Source: an uncultured delta proteobacterium (GTDB lineage Bacteria > Myxococcota_A > Polyangia > Polyangiales > Polyangiaceae). From it: a stretch of DNA of 64,000 nt. The notes under the pieces are model-generated. The model had not been told where the DNA came from. It saw only the letters and a list, made by a program, of their open reading frames with translations, and searched no databases. Within the stretch, counting starts at the first letter, position 1. Every line of letters starts with the position of its first letter. Made by a program: the position numbers and the translations under genes. Location of the stretch: NCBI GenBank assembly GCA_963716725.1, contig CAVQUB010000013.1:224001-288000 (forward strand), written 5' to 3'. Positions 18,703-29,715 of this stretch are shown one piece after another.

Positions 18703-19995
18703 CTAGCGCTTGATGTTGATCAGTTCCTGCAGCATTTCGTCGGCGGTGGTGATGGTCTTCGAGTTCGCCGAAAACGATCGTTGGTGCTGAATCAGCCCGA
18801 CGAACTCCTCGGCGAGATCCACGTTGGAGCTCTCCAACGTGCCCGCGGACACCGCGCCACGGCCACCACTGCCAGCGGTCCCCATCGCACCAGTTCCACT
18901 GTCGCGAGTCTCGATCCAGAGGTTTTGACCGGCGCGCCCGAGGCCCTCGTTGGCCCTGAACTTCGCGACGGCAAGCTGCCCGATTGCGAGCTTCTCGCCA
19001 TTCGTGTACAGGCCCATCACTACGCCCTGTCCGTCGACGGCAACGCCGGCGAAGTCGCCAGAGGAGTACCCGTCTTGGGACTGACTCGATACGTTCGAAG
19101 GTGAGCCGAACTGCGTCGAGCCGTCGAGCCCGGTGCCGCCGCCTGCGATGGGAGTCCCAAAGTCCAGCGTGATGGCCTGAGCCGCAGTAGCGCCGGCAAA
19201 GCTGGCGGTGACGGCCGTGGTCGTCGTGACCGTGTTGAGGGCGCCGTTGGTGGTGAACGCGAGGGAACCCGTGCCGATTTCCGCGTTGCCGACCACCGGA
19301 GTGGCCAGCTCGCTGCCTTTGGCGAGCACATGGTAGTCCCACGTGTTCGCCGCCGTCTTGCGGAAGTAGACCTCGAGCTGATGAGCGTTTCCGAGCGAGT
19401 CGTAGGCAGTCATCGAGGTCGAGAAGTTCGCCGTGTTCGCCGGATTCTGCGCGTCCCATGGCAAAGTGGGCGTGGTGGAGTTCGCGTCGAGGTTGGCGGT
19501 GATCTCCATCAGCGCGGTCGCGTTGGGTTGGATCGAGGCCGTCGGGGCCTTGATCGCGGAGATGGACGCTTGGAACGTTCCGTCCGGGTTCGCCGCGTAG
19601 CCCTGCACCTTCAATCCGCCGGAATCCGTCAGGTTCCCTTGGTTGTCGATGACGAACTGCCCGGCGCGCGTATAGAAGTTTCCCGCCACGCCAGCGACCG
19701 TGCCCTGGACGACGAAGAAGCCGTCGCCGTTGAGCGCGAGATCCGTCGAGACGCCGGTGTTCGCCAGCGACCCTTGTGTGAAGAGTTGTTGGATCCCTCC
19801 GACTCTTACGCCTGACCCCGGCAAGGCCGAAGAGGACCCCGCTAGGATTGAGTGTCCCAGCACGTCATGAAAAATGACGCGCTGGCCTTTGAAGCCCACG
19901 GTGTTCACGTTGGCGATGTTGTCGCCGACGACCCCGAGTGCCTCGCCTTCGGCCCGAAGACCAGAAACCCCCGAGTACATTGCCCGCAATACCAT
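18703..19995 (-). CDS. flgE: Flagellar hook protein FlgE
   Basis: GDNIANVNTVGFK, DLALNGDGFF, YTRAGQF, LESSNVDLAEEF; SD AGGAGG. Confidence 0.95.
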   Translation of the reverse strand: MVLRAMYSGVSGLRAEGEALGVVGDNIANVNTVGFKGQRVIFHDVLGHSILAGSSSALPGSGVRVGGIQQLFTQGSLANTGVSTDLALNGDGFFVVQGTVAGVAGNFYTRAGQFVIDNQGNLTDSGGLKVQGYAANPDGTFQASISAIKAPTASIQPNATALMEITANLDANSTTPTLPWDAQNPANTANFSTSMTAYDSLGNAHQLEVYFRKTAANTWDYHVLAKGSELATPVVGNAEIGTGSLAFTTNGALNTVTTTTAVTASFAGATAAQAITLDFGTPIAGGGTGLDGSTQFGSPSNVSSQSQDGYSSGDFAGVAVDGQGVVMGLYTNGEKLAIGQLAVAKFRANEGLGRAGQNLWIETRDSGTGAMGTAGSGGRGAVSAGTLESSNVDLAEEFVGLIQHQRSFSANSKTITTADEMLQELINIKR

Positions 19996-20015
19996 TTGGC
20001 CTCCTAATTATCCTC

Positions 20016-20756
20016 TCACGTCCGTTGGGTCCGCAGCGCCGGCGACAGGCCGGTCGTCATCATGGTGTCGATTTGGCCGGTTCGATCTTCAACAAGATCC
20101 GAGACCGGCACGCTCACCCCGGTGTCGAGGTGCAGCACGGGGTATCCCTTGTCGAACGAGACCGCGGTCACCTTGCCGCTGGTCTCTTGCTCCACACCGA
20201 CCGGACCACCGGCGGCGTCCTTCGCGCTGACGGCGACCTGGTACGCGCCAGCGGGCTGCACCACGCCGGCGTCGTTGCGCCCGTCCCACATCACCTTGGC
20301 AAATCCGCCGGACTTGGCGCCCACTTCGATGGTGCGCACGGCCTCGCCGGCTTGATTTCGAATCGTGACGGTGACCTTGTCGGCGGCACCGCCCAGCGAG
20401 AAATTGACTGGGCTTCCCACACCGGTGCCGTCGCTCGTCACCATGGTGCCGCGGACGGTGGCAGTCTGACCCACCAAGCTGGCCACCTGAGTGTTGGCCA
20501 GCCCGCGATTTTGCAGGGCGAGCATGTCCAGCCGGTCGTTGATGGCGATGGTCTGCTCGAGGGACGAGAACTGCGCCAGCTCCGCCACGAACTCGGAGCC
20601 GTCTTGGGGTTTCAGTGGATCTTGGTGCCGCAACTGCGCGACCAGCAGCTTCAGGAAGGCGTCTCGCCCCATGGTTTGGCCGCCGGTCAACGCGCCGGAC
20701 ATGCCGCTGCCGGTGGCTCCAGATGCTGCTTGCGTGTTGTTGACCGAATCCACCAT
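20016..20756 (-). CDS. flgD: Hook cap protein FlgD
   Basis: DAFLKLLVAQLRHQDPLKP..SEFVAELAQFSSLEQ, WDGRND. The tail may be shifted by an indel near 20095. Confidence 0.93.
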   Translation of the reverse strand: MVDSVNNTQAASGATGSGMSGALTGGQTMGRDAFLKLLVAQLRHQDPLKPQDGSEFVAELAQFSSLEQTIAINDRLDMLALQNRGLANTQVASLVGQTATVRGTMVTSDGTGVGSPVNFSLGGAADKVTVTIRNQAGEAVRTIEVGAKSGGFAKVMWDGRNDAGVVQPAGAYQVAVSAKDAAGGPVGVEQETSGKVTAVSFDKGYPVLHLDTGVSVPVSDLVEDRTGQIDTMMTTGLSPALRTQRT

Positions 20757-20759
20757 GAC

Positions 20760-21350
20760 TCAACCGATCAGGTTCAGACGCTTGTGATGGCGTCTCTTGC
20801 TTTCGCGACTCGTTTCGTCCACGGGCTCCTCACCCGCGGCGCTTCGAGAATTAGACTCAGCAAGAACGGTGCCGAGCCGACTCCGCGCGACCGCACGCAG
20901 CGAAGCGACGCGAATTCCGTTGGCCTCGATGGCCCGTTGCAGCGCCGAAAGCTCGGGCGCAACGGCGAGGTTCGCCTCCGGATCCGTCAAGCCGATGAGA
21001 ATTCGAAGGCCGACCGGTGAGCGATCGACGACGATGTCGACTTCGCCCAAATCGCCGGCACTCAGGCTGACACGCACTCGCGACTCGGACTCAGCAGCCT
21101 CGGGGCTGGGCGCTTTCGCGGCACCGTCACCCGCCGTCCGCTGCGTCAGCGCGCCGTCGCCGGATCGCCAAACCTCCGGCGGCGCGGCGCTCGGCACCGG
21201 CGTAGCCGATGGAGGGCATGCGCCAGCGACGGTCTGCGCCAGCGCACGAGCCCACTTCTCCGCTTCTTGGCGGCGCCTTTGTTCGGCGGCGCGGTCGTCG
21301 CTCGCGACCTCGGGCTTTTCCAGCGCGACCTTCGACGGCTCCATCTTCAT
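20760..21350 (-). CDS. fliK: Short hook-length control protein FliK-like
   Basis: C-terminal domain pattern VRVSLSAGDLGEVDIVV...LSALQRAIEANGIRV, Pro/Ala-rich N-terminus, located between fliJ and flgD. Confidence 0.65.
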   Translation of the reverse strand: MKMEPSKVALEKPEVASDDRAAEQRRRQEAEKWARALAQTVAGACPPSATPVPSAAPPEVWRSGDGALTQRTAGDGAAKAPSPEAAESESRVRVSLSAGDLGEVDIVVDRSPVGLRILIGLTDPEANLAVAPELSALQRAIEANGIRVASLRAVARSRLGTVLAESNSRSAAGEEPVDETSRESKRRHHKRLNLIG

Positions 21351-21799
21351 CGTGCCCGCGCCCGTGCGCCGGCTCGTTGCGCGGCGATTTCGTCGTGAGC
21401 TTTGTTCTCCAAGCGCTCTTCGGTCTGGCGCTCGACCCGACGCAAGCGTTCTTCCAGCACTTCCAGGCTACGGAGCGCGGACCGAGCGGCGAGCACCTGC
21501 TCGTGAGCCCGAGCGGCCACCACCTCGGCGGACGCGAGCCCACGTCGTGCGGCCTCACGATGCAACTCGCGCAACTCGAGCCACTCGTTGGCCGTTCGCC
21601 ACGACTCGGGGTCCGAAGGGTCCTGCGCCAGGTGGGCGCGTTCACCTTCCGCCTGCTGGTGGCGCGCCGCCTCTGTGGCGGCGCGCGAGCTCGCGTTGTC
21701 GACGGCTCGACGGGCGGCCACCAGGCGGGCGGCGCGGTCGTCGAGATCCTTCTTGCGCAGCTCGGTCAGCTTCTGCAACCGCGCTAACCGGCGCGTCAT
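21347..21799 (-). CDS. fliJ: Flagellar export protein FliJ
   Basis: 150 aa coiled coil after fliI; LEVLEER...ENKAHDEIA. Confidence 0.8.
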   Translation of the reverse strand: MTRRLARLQKLTELRKKDLDDRAARLVAARRAVDNASSRAATEAARHQQAEGERAHLAQDPSDPESWRTANEWLELRELHREAARRGLASAEVVAARAHEQVLAARSALRSLEVLEERLRRVERQTEERLENKAHDEIAAQRAGARARAR

Positions 21800-23112
21800 G
21801 CCGGTCTCCCGACCGCCTGTCGCGCGAGCGCTTGCAGGCGAGCGCGCGCCTCGTCGGCGGTGACTCGATCGTGGATGCCCTGCTGCAAGAACGCCTCGAG
21901 ATGCGGCATGGCGGCGCGAGCTGCTTCGACGCGCGGATCGCTGCCCGGGACGTAGGCACCGACCTGAATCAGGTCGGCGACCTCACGGTGCGCGGAGAGC
22001 AGATCGCGGAGCAAGGCGCCCGCGCGAAGGTCGTCCGGGTGGGCAATTTCGGGTGCAAGTCGCGAGACACTCTGCAGCACGTCAATGGCCGGAAAGTGCC
22101 CTCGTTCGGCCAGCTCGCGAGACAGCACGATGTGCCCATCCAAGATGCTACGCACCGAATCCGCGATCGGATCGGTCATGTCGTCGCCCTCCACCAGCAC
22201 GGTGTAGAGGGCCGTGATGACGCCGTTGCAGCCTCCAGTCCCGGCGCGCTCCAGCAGCCTCGGAAGCGCCGCGAACACGCTGGGCGGGTAGCCCTTGGTC
22301 GCCGGCGGTTCACCCGCCGCGAGCGCCGCCTCGCGGAGCGCCATCGCGTAGCGGGTGATCGAGTCCATGACCAGCAGCACCGAAAGCCCTTGATTCCTGA
22401 AGTACTCCGCGATGGCCGTGGCCGACTCCGCGCCGCGGGCACGCACGAGCGGCGGCTGGTCGCTGGTCGCGGCGACCACGACGGTGCGGGACATGCCGTC
22501 GGGCCCAAGGCTCTGGCGAATGAAGTCGTTGAGCTCGCGTCCGCGCTCTCCAATCAGACCGACCACGTTCACGTCGGCCTGCGACGACCGACAAATCATT
22601 CCCAGCAGAGTGCTCTTGCCGACTCCGGCTCCGGCAAAGATACCCATGCGTTGGCCAATGCCGAGCGGGAGCATCGCGTCCACCGCGCGAACACCCGTGG
22701 CGAAGGGGCGGTCAATGGGCCGTCTCGCGAAGGGCGGGGGCGGCGGCGCGTGCACGGGCACCATCCGATCGAGCTCCGGCGGCGGCTCGCCGTCGAGCGG
22801 TCGCCCGAAGGAGTCGATGACCCGTCCGAGCAGCCCTTTGGAAGCCGGAACGCTGGCTCCGCGGTGGGTGCGATGAACGCGCGCACCGGGGCGAACTCCG
22901 GCCAGTGGACCCAAGGGCGTGGCCAGCAGTCGACCCCCGCGGAATCCAACCACCTCGAGCTCCAGTCCGCGAGCCGAGTCGACCGCGATGGTGTCCCCCA
23001 CGGCGGCACGGAGCCCGCCGACCTCGACAATGAGCCCCACGACGTCGAGCACCACCCCGTGAGGGTTGTGCACGGGTGCGTTTCGCGTCTTCTCGATCAG
23101 GCGTTCGAGCAT
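21796..23112 (-). CDS. fliI: Flagellar export ATPase FliI
   Basis: GIFAGAGVGKSTL, LIGERGRE, DSITRYAMA, GEPPATKGYPPS. Confidence 0.97.
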   Translation of the reverse strand: MLERLIEKTRNAPVHNPHGVVLDVVGLIVEVGGLRAAVGDTIAVDSARGLELEVVGFRGGRLLATPLGPLAGVRPGARVHRTHRGASVPASKGLLGRVIDSFGRPLDGEPPPELDRMVPVHAPPPPPFARRPIDRPFATGVRAVDAMLPLGIGQRMGIFAGAGVGKSTLLGMICRSSQADVNVVGLIGERGRELNDFIRQSLGPDGMSRTVVVAATSDQPPLVRARGAESATAIAEYFRNQGLSVLLVMDSITRYAMALREAALAAGEPPATKGYPPSVFAALPRLLERAGTGGCNGVITALYTVLVEGDDMTDPIADSVRSILDGHIVLSRELAERGHFPAIDVLQSVSRLAPEIAHPDDLRAGALLRDLLSAHREVADLIQVGAYVPGSDPRVEAARAAMPHLEAFLQQGIHDRVTADEARARLQALARQAVGRPA

Positions 23113-23124
23113 CTCGATTCCGAG

Positions 23125-23826
23125 TCAGGTCGGTGGGGCGCTGTCGGGCTTGAGCGCCAGAAGCAGGGAGGTGAGGCGGGCTTCGATGGACTCGTCGACC
23201 ACCCCGAGCTCCGTCTCGACCACGCAGCCGAACTCGGCCAGCCGCGGGTCGACCTGAACCACGGCGCTCCGCCCGTTGGTGCTCAATCGATGTCTCAACG
23301 ATTCAAGCGCCGTTCCAAAACCGCTACCGACGCGAACCTCGACGCGGTCGTGTTCGCCCAACGCGTCGAGCCCTTCTCGCACCAGTCCTTCGACCACGTC
23401 GGGGCCCACGCTGAGCTCGTGAGCGATGACCCGGCGCGCGATCAGCGTGGCGAGCTCCGCCAGCTGGCCGGCGGTGGCATCGAGCACTTCCCCGCGGGTG
23501 CGTGCCAGCTGTTCGACGGCGTCGATCAAGCCGGCCAGCAGCTCCGGGTCCGGCAGCGCTGGCTCGTGGGCTGCGGGCTCGATGGCGGCAGCGGGTTCGG
23601 ACGGAGTTGGCGCTTCGTCCAGCTCCGATGCGGGCCACGACGCCTCGGCGCTGGCGGGCGGCAGCACCGACTCGGGAAACATGTGCAGCTCTTGCTGGAA
23701 GGCCGCGACCATCTCCGGGGGCAATCGCGGAGGTGCCGCCACGACTATCGCCGGCGTATCGCCGCGTTGTTTGGCGATCCACGACGGCTGTCGGCGGCGC
23801 TCCGGCGTGACGTTCAAGAAGGCCAC
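23125..23826 (-). CDS. fliH: Flagellar assembly protein FliH
   Basis: C-terminal DPRLAEFGCVVETELGVVDESIEARL, located between fliG and fliI. Start uncertain (GTG 23826 has an SD-like sequence upstream). Confidence 0.85.
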   Translation of the reverse strand: MAFLNVTPERRRQPSWIAKQRGDTPAIVVAAPPRLPPEMVAAFQQELHMFPESVLPPASAEASWPASELDEAPTPSEPAAAIEPAAHEPALPDPELLAGLIDAVEQLARTRGEVLDATAGQLAELATLIARRVIAHELSVGPDVVEGLVREGLDALGEHDRVEVRVGSGFGTALESLRHRLSTNGRSAVVQVDPRLAEFGCVVETELGVVDESIEARLTSLLLALKPDSAPPT

Positions 23827-23851
23827 GCTCCGTTCCTCGATTCGGGCGCGC

Positions 23852-24835
23852 TCAGACAATGGTCCCCGCATTCTTCGCGTCCAGCGAGATGGCGCCCTCG
23901 GCCTCGAGGCGCAGCGCGATCTCGACGATCTCCTGCTGCGCCGCTTCCACGTCGGCGAGTCTCACCGCGCCGAGCAACTCCATGTCGTCAGCAATGCGGT
24001 CCGAGGCGCGCTTGCTCATGCCCTTGAACACGTGCTCACGCATTTCCGCACCTGCCGCCTTGAGGGCCAAGACCAGACGGTCGGCCGGCACGGCCTCCAG
24101 CACTGAGCGCAGCGCGCGCGCGTCGAGGGCCAGGAGGTCATCGAATCCGTACATGTTGCGACGGATCTGGGTGGCGAGTTCCGAGTCCCCATCTCCCAAG
24201 CGACTCAGCAATGCTTCACCCGTCTCTCGGGGCAGGCGGCGTACCAGCGCCGCAGACTGGCTGATGCCGTCAACGGACATCGCGGCCTCGGCCTCTTCGG
24301 GTGGCAGGTCCGCAGCCAGCGCCGCGGCGACTTCTTCGAGGAGCCCGGCCGGCACTTCTTTGAGGGTCGCCAAGCGCTCGAGGACGGCAGGCCGGATTTC
24401 ATCGGGCATCCCGTTCAGCACGGCGGCGCCCCGATCCGGGGTCATCTGGGAGATGATCGCGGCGGTGATCTGCGGATGCTCATTTTCCAGCACCATCGCC
24501 AGGGTGCTCGGGTCGGCGGCCAGCAGTCGTTCCATCGCCGACTGGGGCGCGTCGACGAAGATCTCCTGGGCGCGGGCCTCGCCGAGCGCACGCGTCGCCA
24601 GTCGGCGCAGATACCTGACCCCGCCCCGGGGTACGGCAATAGCCTCCCGCGACCGCTCCACGAACTCGGAGTAGACGGAGTCGAGGGCGCTCGACGGCAC
24701 GGCGCGCATCAGCGACGCCACCTCGCGCAGTTTCCTGACCTCGTCGGAGTCGAGCTCGGAGAGAATGGGGGTTGCCGTTGCCTCGTCGAGGGAGAGCAGC
24801 ATCAGCACGGCTTTCTCCGGACCAGTGAGCTCCAT
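23852..24835 (-). CDS. fliG: Flagellar switch protein FliG
   Basis: LTGPEKAVLMLLSL, ENEHPQITA, MYGFDDL, MSKRAS, DVEAAQQEIV. Confidence 0.95.
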   Translation of the reverse strand: MELTGPEKAVLMLLSLDEATATPILSELDSDEVRKLREVASLMRAVPSSALDSVYSEFVERSREAIAVPRGGVRYLRRLATRALGEARAQEIFVDAPQSAMERLLAADPSTLAMVLENEHPQITAAIISQMTPDRGAAVLNGMPDEIRPAVLERLATLKEVPAGLLEEVAAALAADLPPEEAEAAMSVDGISQSAALVRRLPRETGEALLSRLGDGDSELATQIRRNMYGFDDLLALDARALRSVLEAVPADRLVLALKAAGAEMREHVFKGMSKRASDRIADDMELLGAVRLADVEAAQQEIVEIALRLEAEGAISLDAKNAGTIV

Positions 24836-24850
24836 CGTCGCGCGCTCATG

Positions 24851-26498
24851 CTAAGGGCGTGCCGACGGTGAGGCTCCGCCTGCCCCGAGCCACTTCCTCA
24901 AGACGACGGCAGCCGTCGCGGGGTCGCGCGCGGCGATTTCCACGGCTTTTTCCTTGGTGGCCGCCACGGTGTCGCCCTGCAGGCTCGGCAGCTCGGTCCC
25001 GGTCAGCTCGGCGATCGGGTCGCCCATTCCGGTCAAAGCGACCCGAACCACCGGAGCGGCCAGCGCTGCCTTGGCTCGCCGCTTCCGCCGACGTCGCACC
25101 AACACGTACACCCCGAGCGCTAGCAGAACGGCGAAGCCGCCGACCGCGTGGGGCAGGTACTTACGCCATGGCGGTGTGCGGACCGCGACGGGCGGCAGGT
25201 CACCGTCCAGCCGAGCGAAATTCCATGGTGTCGAGCTTGATGCTGTCGCCGCGTTTCTCATCAAAGCCCACCGCGCGCTTGACGATTTCCTCCAAGGACT
25301 TGAGCTCGGCGGGGGTTTTCGGCACCGATGCGGGGGTTCCACCGCGATCTGCCAGCCGACTGTTGAGCAAGACAGCTACACTGACCCGCTGGAAGTCCCC
25401 GGGCGGGAGCGTCGTCTTCTCCGTGACGCGATCCACCTCCCAGTTGCGGGTGTGGCTCCGACGCAGGGCTCCCCCGCCCACCGCCGCGCCCTCGGCCAGG
25501 CGGTCCTCCGGCGGAGCCGTATCGGGGGTCACCGCGTCAGGCAAATTGGTGCGTGCGCCGGGGACACCAGCCACGCCAGCGCCCTCACTGCCCGCCAGCT
25601 CCTCTGTTTTGTGCTCGCTTCGGAGCGCAGTCTTCGCTTGATCGTAGTGCTCTTCAGTCCGCTCGCGGGTGGCGGGATCGAGAGCCACGTGGATGCGAAC
25701 GTCAGCGTTTCCCGGCCCGACCACACGTTCGAGTTGCTCCTTCACGCGCTGCTCGAGGCTCGTGGCGACCTCCCTTGCCTGCTCACCATGAAGGTCGGCG
25801 GCCTCACCGGCCCTCGAGCCTGTGTCAGAAACCGGGCGGTGGAGCGTCACGCCTTCGGTGCTCACGACGGAGACTCGGTCGCGCGCGAGCGCAGGAACCG
25901 CCGCCGAAACCAGGTGAACGATGCCCGCGACCTCGCGCTTGCCGAAGTTTCCGGGGTTGTCCAGCTTGAGCACGACGGAGGCCGAAGCCTTCTCGCTGTC
26001 CGCGGCGAACAACCGGCGCTCAGGCAAGACGAGGTGGACGCGCGCCTGCTTCACGCCTTCTACCGTGTCGATCGACCGCGCGAGCTCTCCCTCGAGCGCG
26101 CGTCGCAGATTGACCCGCTGCTCGAACTCGGTGGAGCCGATTTGGGACTTGTCGAAGAGCTCGAACCCGACCCCTCCGCCCCTCGGCAGCCCGGTCTTCG
26201 CCAACTCCAGCCTGAGCTGATGCACCTTTTCCTCGGGAACCAGCACGGCCCCACCGCTCTGTTCGACGCGGTAAGGGACCTTGAGCGCCTCGAGCTTCTC
26301 GACGATCTTGCCGGCGTCGTCCTGGGGCAGATCCCGGTAGAGCACGGCAAAGCTCTCCCGTGAGCCCAGAAACACCAGCCCGAGTACCGCCAGCAGCACG
26401 CTGCTGGTGACAAAGACCAGCGCCAATCGCTTGGCGGTCGAGAGTGACTTCCACAGCTCGACGAGCTGCGACAGTACGGTTCTCATCCGATCGGGCAT
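24851..26498 (-). CDS. fliF: MS-ring protein FliF (frameshift near 25219)
   Basis: GFELFDK, RALEGELARSI, ARVHLVLP, AVGFDEKRGD. The second TM helix and tail lie in ORF 24851..25342; removing one T from a TTT run joins them. Confidence 0.92.
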
Positions 26499-26511
26499 CG
26501 CTCAAGACCCT

Positions 26512-26825
26512 TCAGATTTGCATGCGCCAGAGCTCATAAAATGCGTCAATGACCTTGTTTCGAACGGCTCCTGCGTACTTGAGTTCGATCTCCGCCTTGC
26601 TCAGCGCCAGCATCGTTCCGTGAATGTCGTCGACGGCGCCGCAGCAAACGCCTCACCGGCCCGCGACGCGGCATGTCCCGCGTCGTTCACACGACTCAAC
26701 GCTCCGTCCAAGATCGTCCCGAAAGCCCCGTCGGGTTCCGGCGTTTCGCGGAGCGGCTGAACATCCGGCCCGAACGAAGGATGAGGACGGAGGAGCTGGA
26801 CCGCCGAAGCATCGACCGCGCTCAT
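26512..26825 (-). CDS. fliE: Hook-basal body protein FliE (frameshift near 26640)
   Basis: AFGTILDGALSRVN...FAA, then in a shifted frame AVDDIHGTMLALSKAEIELKYAGAVRNKVIDAFYELWRMQI*. Confidence 0.9.
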
Positions 26826-26827
26826 CC

Positions 26828-27259
26828 TCAGCCTCGTCCGAGATCAATGGCGGATCGCGCCATGTTCTTGATGGTATCGATGGAAGTGACGCCGGCCTCG
26901 TAGGCGCGGGAAGCCGAGATCATATTGACCATTTCCTCGACCGCGTTCACGTTCGGGTACTCCACGTAGCCTTCCGCATTGGCGTCCGGGTGACCCGGTT
27001 CATGCACCAGTTGGCCGGGTCGCTCGTCCTGCACGATGCGGGCAACCCGGACCATCGAGACCCCGGTGGGACCCCCGCTCGAGCGCGAGCGGTCGAGCCC
27101 GACGGCCTCGAACAGCGGGTCGATCCGCCGGTAGGGGCCGCCGTCTGCCGTCCGGGTCGTTCGCGCGTTCGCCAGGTTGGCCGCGATGGTGTTCATCCGA
27201 ACTCGCTCGGCACCGAGTCCCGAGGCCGCAACCTCCATGGCACTGAATACTCCCAGCAT
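26828..27259 (-). CDS. flgC: Basal-body rod protein FlgC
   Basis: IAANLANARTTRT..GGPYRR, PGHPDANAEGYVEYPNVN..EEMVNMI. Confidence 0.97.
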   Translation of the reverse strand: MLGVFSAMEVAASGLGAERVRMNTIAANLANARTTRTADGGPYRRIDPLFEAVGLDRSRSSGGPTGVSMVRVARIVQDERPGQLVHEPGHPDANAEGYVEYPNVNAVEEMVNMISASRAYEAGVTSIDTIKNMARSAIDLGRG

Positions 27260-27276
27260 GTTCAGCTCACCTTTCC

Positions 27277-27672
27277 TCAGCCCTTGGCGTCACTGACCGC
27301 AAATCGAAGCTGGCGGAGCTCAGCCTGAACCACGGCGGAAATCACGTCGTATCGCAAGTGATTGGAGGCGACCTTGGCCGCCTCGCGGTCGAGGGAGACG
27401 TAGTTTCCGTCGTTGCCCGCACCCGCAGTGAGGTCGTTGATGACCCGGCCGGTCACCGGCGTGGCGCCCGCCGCGCCGCCGGCCAAGTGCGCCGAGCTCG
27501 TGCGGGCCAGCGCGACCGCGAGCGTCCCGGCAAACGCCGATGTGTCGACCCGCTCCAGATCCACCGCGCGGTACCCCGGCGTGTCGACGTGCGCCACGTT
27601 GGAGGACAGGACGTTGTGACGCTCGAGGTGGTAGTCCAGCGCGCCTTGCAGCGGAGTGACGGCTTCGAACAC
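27277..27672 (-). CDS. flgB: Basal-body rod protein FlgB
   Basis: RHNVLSSNVAHVDTPGYRAVD, DGNYVSLDRE; GTG 27672 chosen as start. Confidence 0.92.
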   Translation of the reverse strand: MFEAVTPLQGALDYHLERHNVLSSNVAHVDTPGYRAVDLERVDTSAFAGTLAVALARTSSAHLAGGAAGATPVTGRVINDLTAGAGNDGNYVSLDREAAKVASNHLRYDVISAVVQAELRQLRFAVSDAKG

Positions 27673-27683
27673 GCTCGGGGTCG

Positions 27684-27699
27684 AGCACGTCCCGTGCCA
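27684..27699 (-). promoter_or_regulatory. Putative sigma54 promoter (flgB operon)
   Basis: TGGCACGGGACGTGCT; GTG at predicted +2. Confidence 0.75.
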
Positions 27700-27875
27700 G
27701 CTCAAGCTCGGTGCCGATGAGCCGTTCTGATCGACGCAGAAGTCATTCTGACGGCCGGGGGGTCGGACTGACCCGCGACCGATCGCCGACCTTTCCATGC
27801 CGGCAGCGTGCGCGTCCGGTGTCGATCGAACCCGAGTGCTCGGGCAATGCGCGATCGTTTCGCGATATCTTGGCC

Positions 27876-27891
27876 TGGCCCGCAACTTGCT
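27876..27891 (+). promoter_or_regulatory. Putative sigma54 promoter of the sigma54 activator
   Basis: TGGCCCGCAACTTGCT, followed by an SD (GGAGG) and ATG 27927. Confidence 0.7.
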
Positions 27892-27926
27892 GATGGTCCG
27901 CTCCGCCGGGGGAGGCAGGAGAAAGA

Positions 27927-29024
<1,098 letters not shown>

Positions 29025-29148
29025 GCTGGTCCCACTGATTCGCGGAGACCCCACCAGTGGAGGGGGGGCCTGGCCACGATCGGCATCGGCGGGCCGGACA
29101 CGTTGGACGCGTCTGGTTTCGAAGTCGTGCGCGCTCCGCTCCGAGCGT

Positions 29149-29164
29149 TGGCCCGCCCTTTGCC
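29149..29164 (+). promoter_or_regulatory. Putative sigma54 promoter (beta-barrel/lipoprotein pair)
   Basis: TGGCCCGCCCTTTGCC; GTG at predicted +5. Confidence 0.6.
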
Positions 29165-29178
29165 AAGGACACGTCGCG

Positions 29179-29715
29179 GTGAAATCCATTCGCTCCTATG
29201 CAGTCGTTCGGCTCCTCAGCGTCACACTCCCGACGCTGATCGGTGCCACCCTGCTGGCTCCTCCCGCGCACGCCGAGGGCTGGTTGATTGATGGGGAGGC
29301 CGGGCTCTCGACCGGCTTGGAGGGCGGCGACGACGGCGGCGGCGCTATCAAGTGGCGACGCGCGCGCACGCGAGTGAGCGTCGGCGTCGAACTGCGCAAC
29401 GACGAAGAGGCCAGCCACGGCTATCACTTCCGAGCATTCGCAGAAATCGAGAAACGCGGGAGCGTCGGCGGAGAGCTGCGGTACGCGCTCTGGCCGTCGA
29501 CGAAGTTCGGCGTCTTCGCAGGTGCGGCAGGGACTGTCACTCCGGAGACCCTCTTCGGAGGCGTCTTCGGGGCGCGGCTCGTATTGCCCATGGGCAAGCG
29601 CGTCGGCATCTACGTCGAGCCGAGCTTCTCGGTGCTGCCTCTCGGGAGCGATTTGCCCGGCGACACTCCGCTGTACTGGGCGCTCTTGTCCGCCGGGGTG
29701 CGCTTTGGACTTTGA
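29179..29715 (+). CDS. Small outer-membrane beta-barrel-like protein
   Basis: Signal peptide ending AHA-E, alternating amphipathic strands, C-terminal AGVRFGL. Confidence 0.6.
   Translation: MKSIRSYAVVRLLSVTLPTLIGATLLAPPAHAEGWLIDGEAGLSTGLEGGDDGGGAIKWRRARTRVSVGVELRNDEEASHGYHFRAFAEIEKRGSVGGELRYALWPSTKFGVFAGAAGTVTPETLFGGVFGARLVLPMGKRVGIYVEPSFSVLPLGSDLPGDTPLYWALLSAGVRFGL

Noticed and set aside
20797..24027. 1076-aa plus-strand ORF
   Set aside because: Antisense to fliK-fliJ-fliI-fliH-fliG; low-information Arg/Ala/Gly-rich translation.
11159..26498. Possibility that the export genes encode a non-flagellar injectisome
   Set aside because: Rod, hook, P/L rings, flagellins, cap and stator are all present, and there is no secretin.
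27730..27870. Short palindromes (GTCATTCTGAC and others) as activator binding sites
   Set aside because: Not found repeated at the other sigma54 promoters by eye; too short to support without a motif search.
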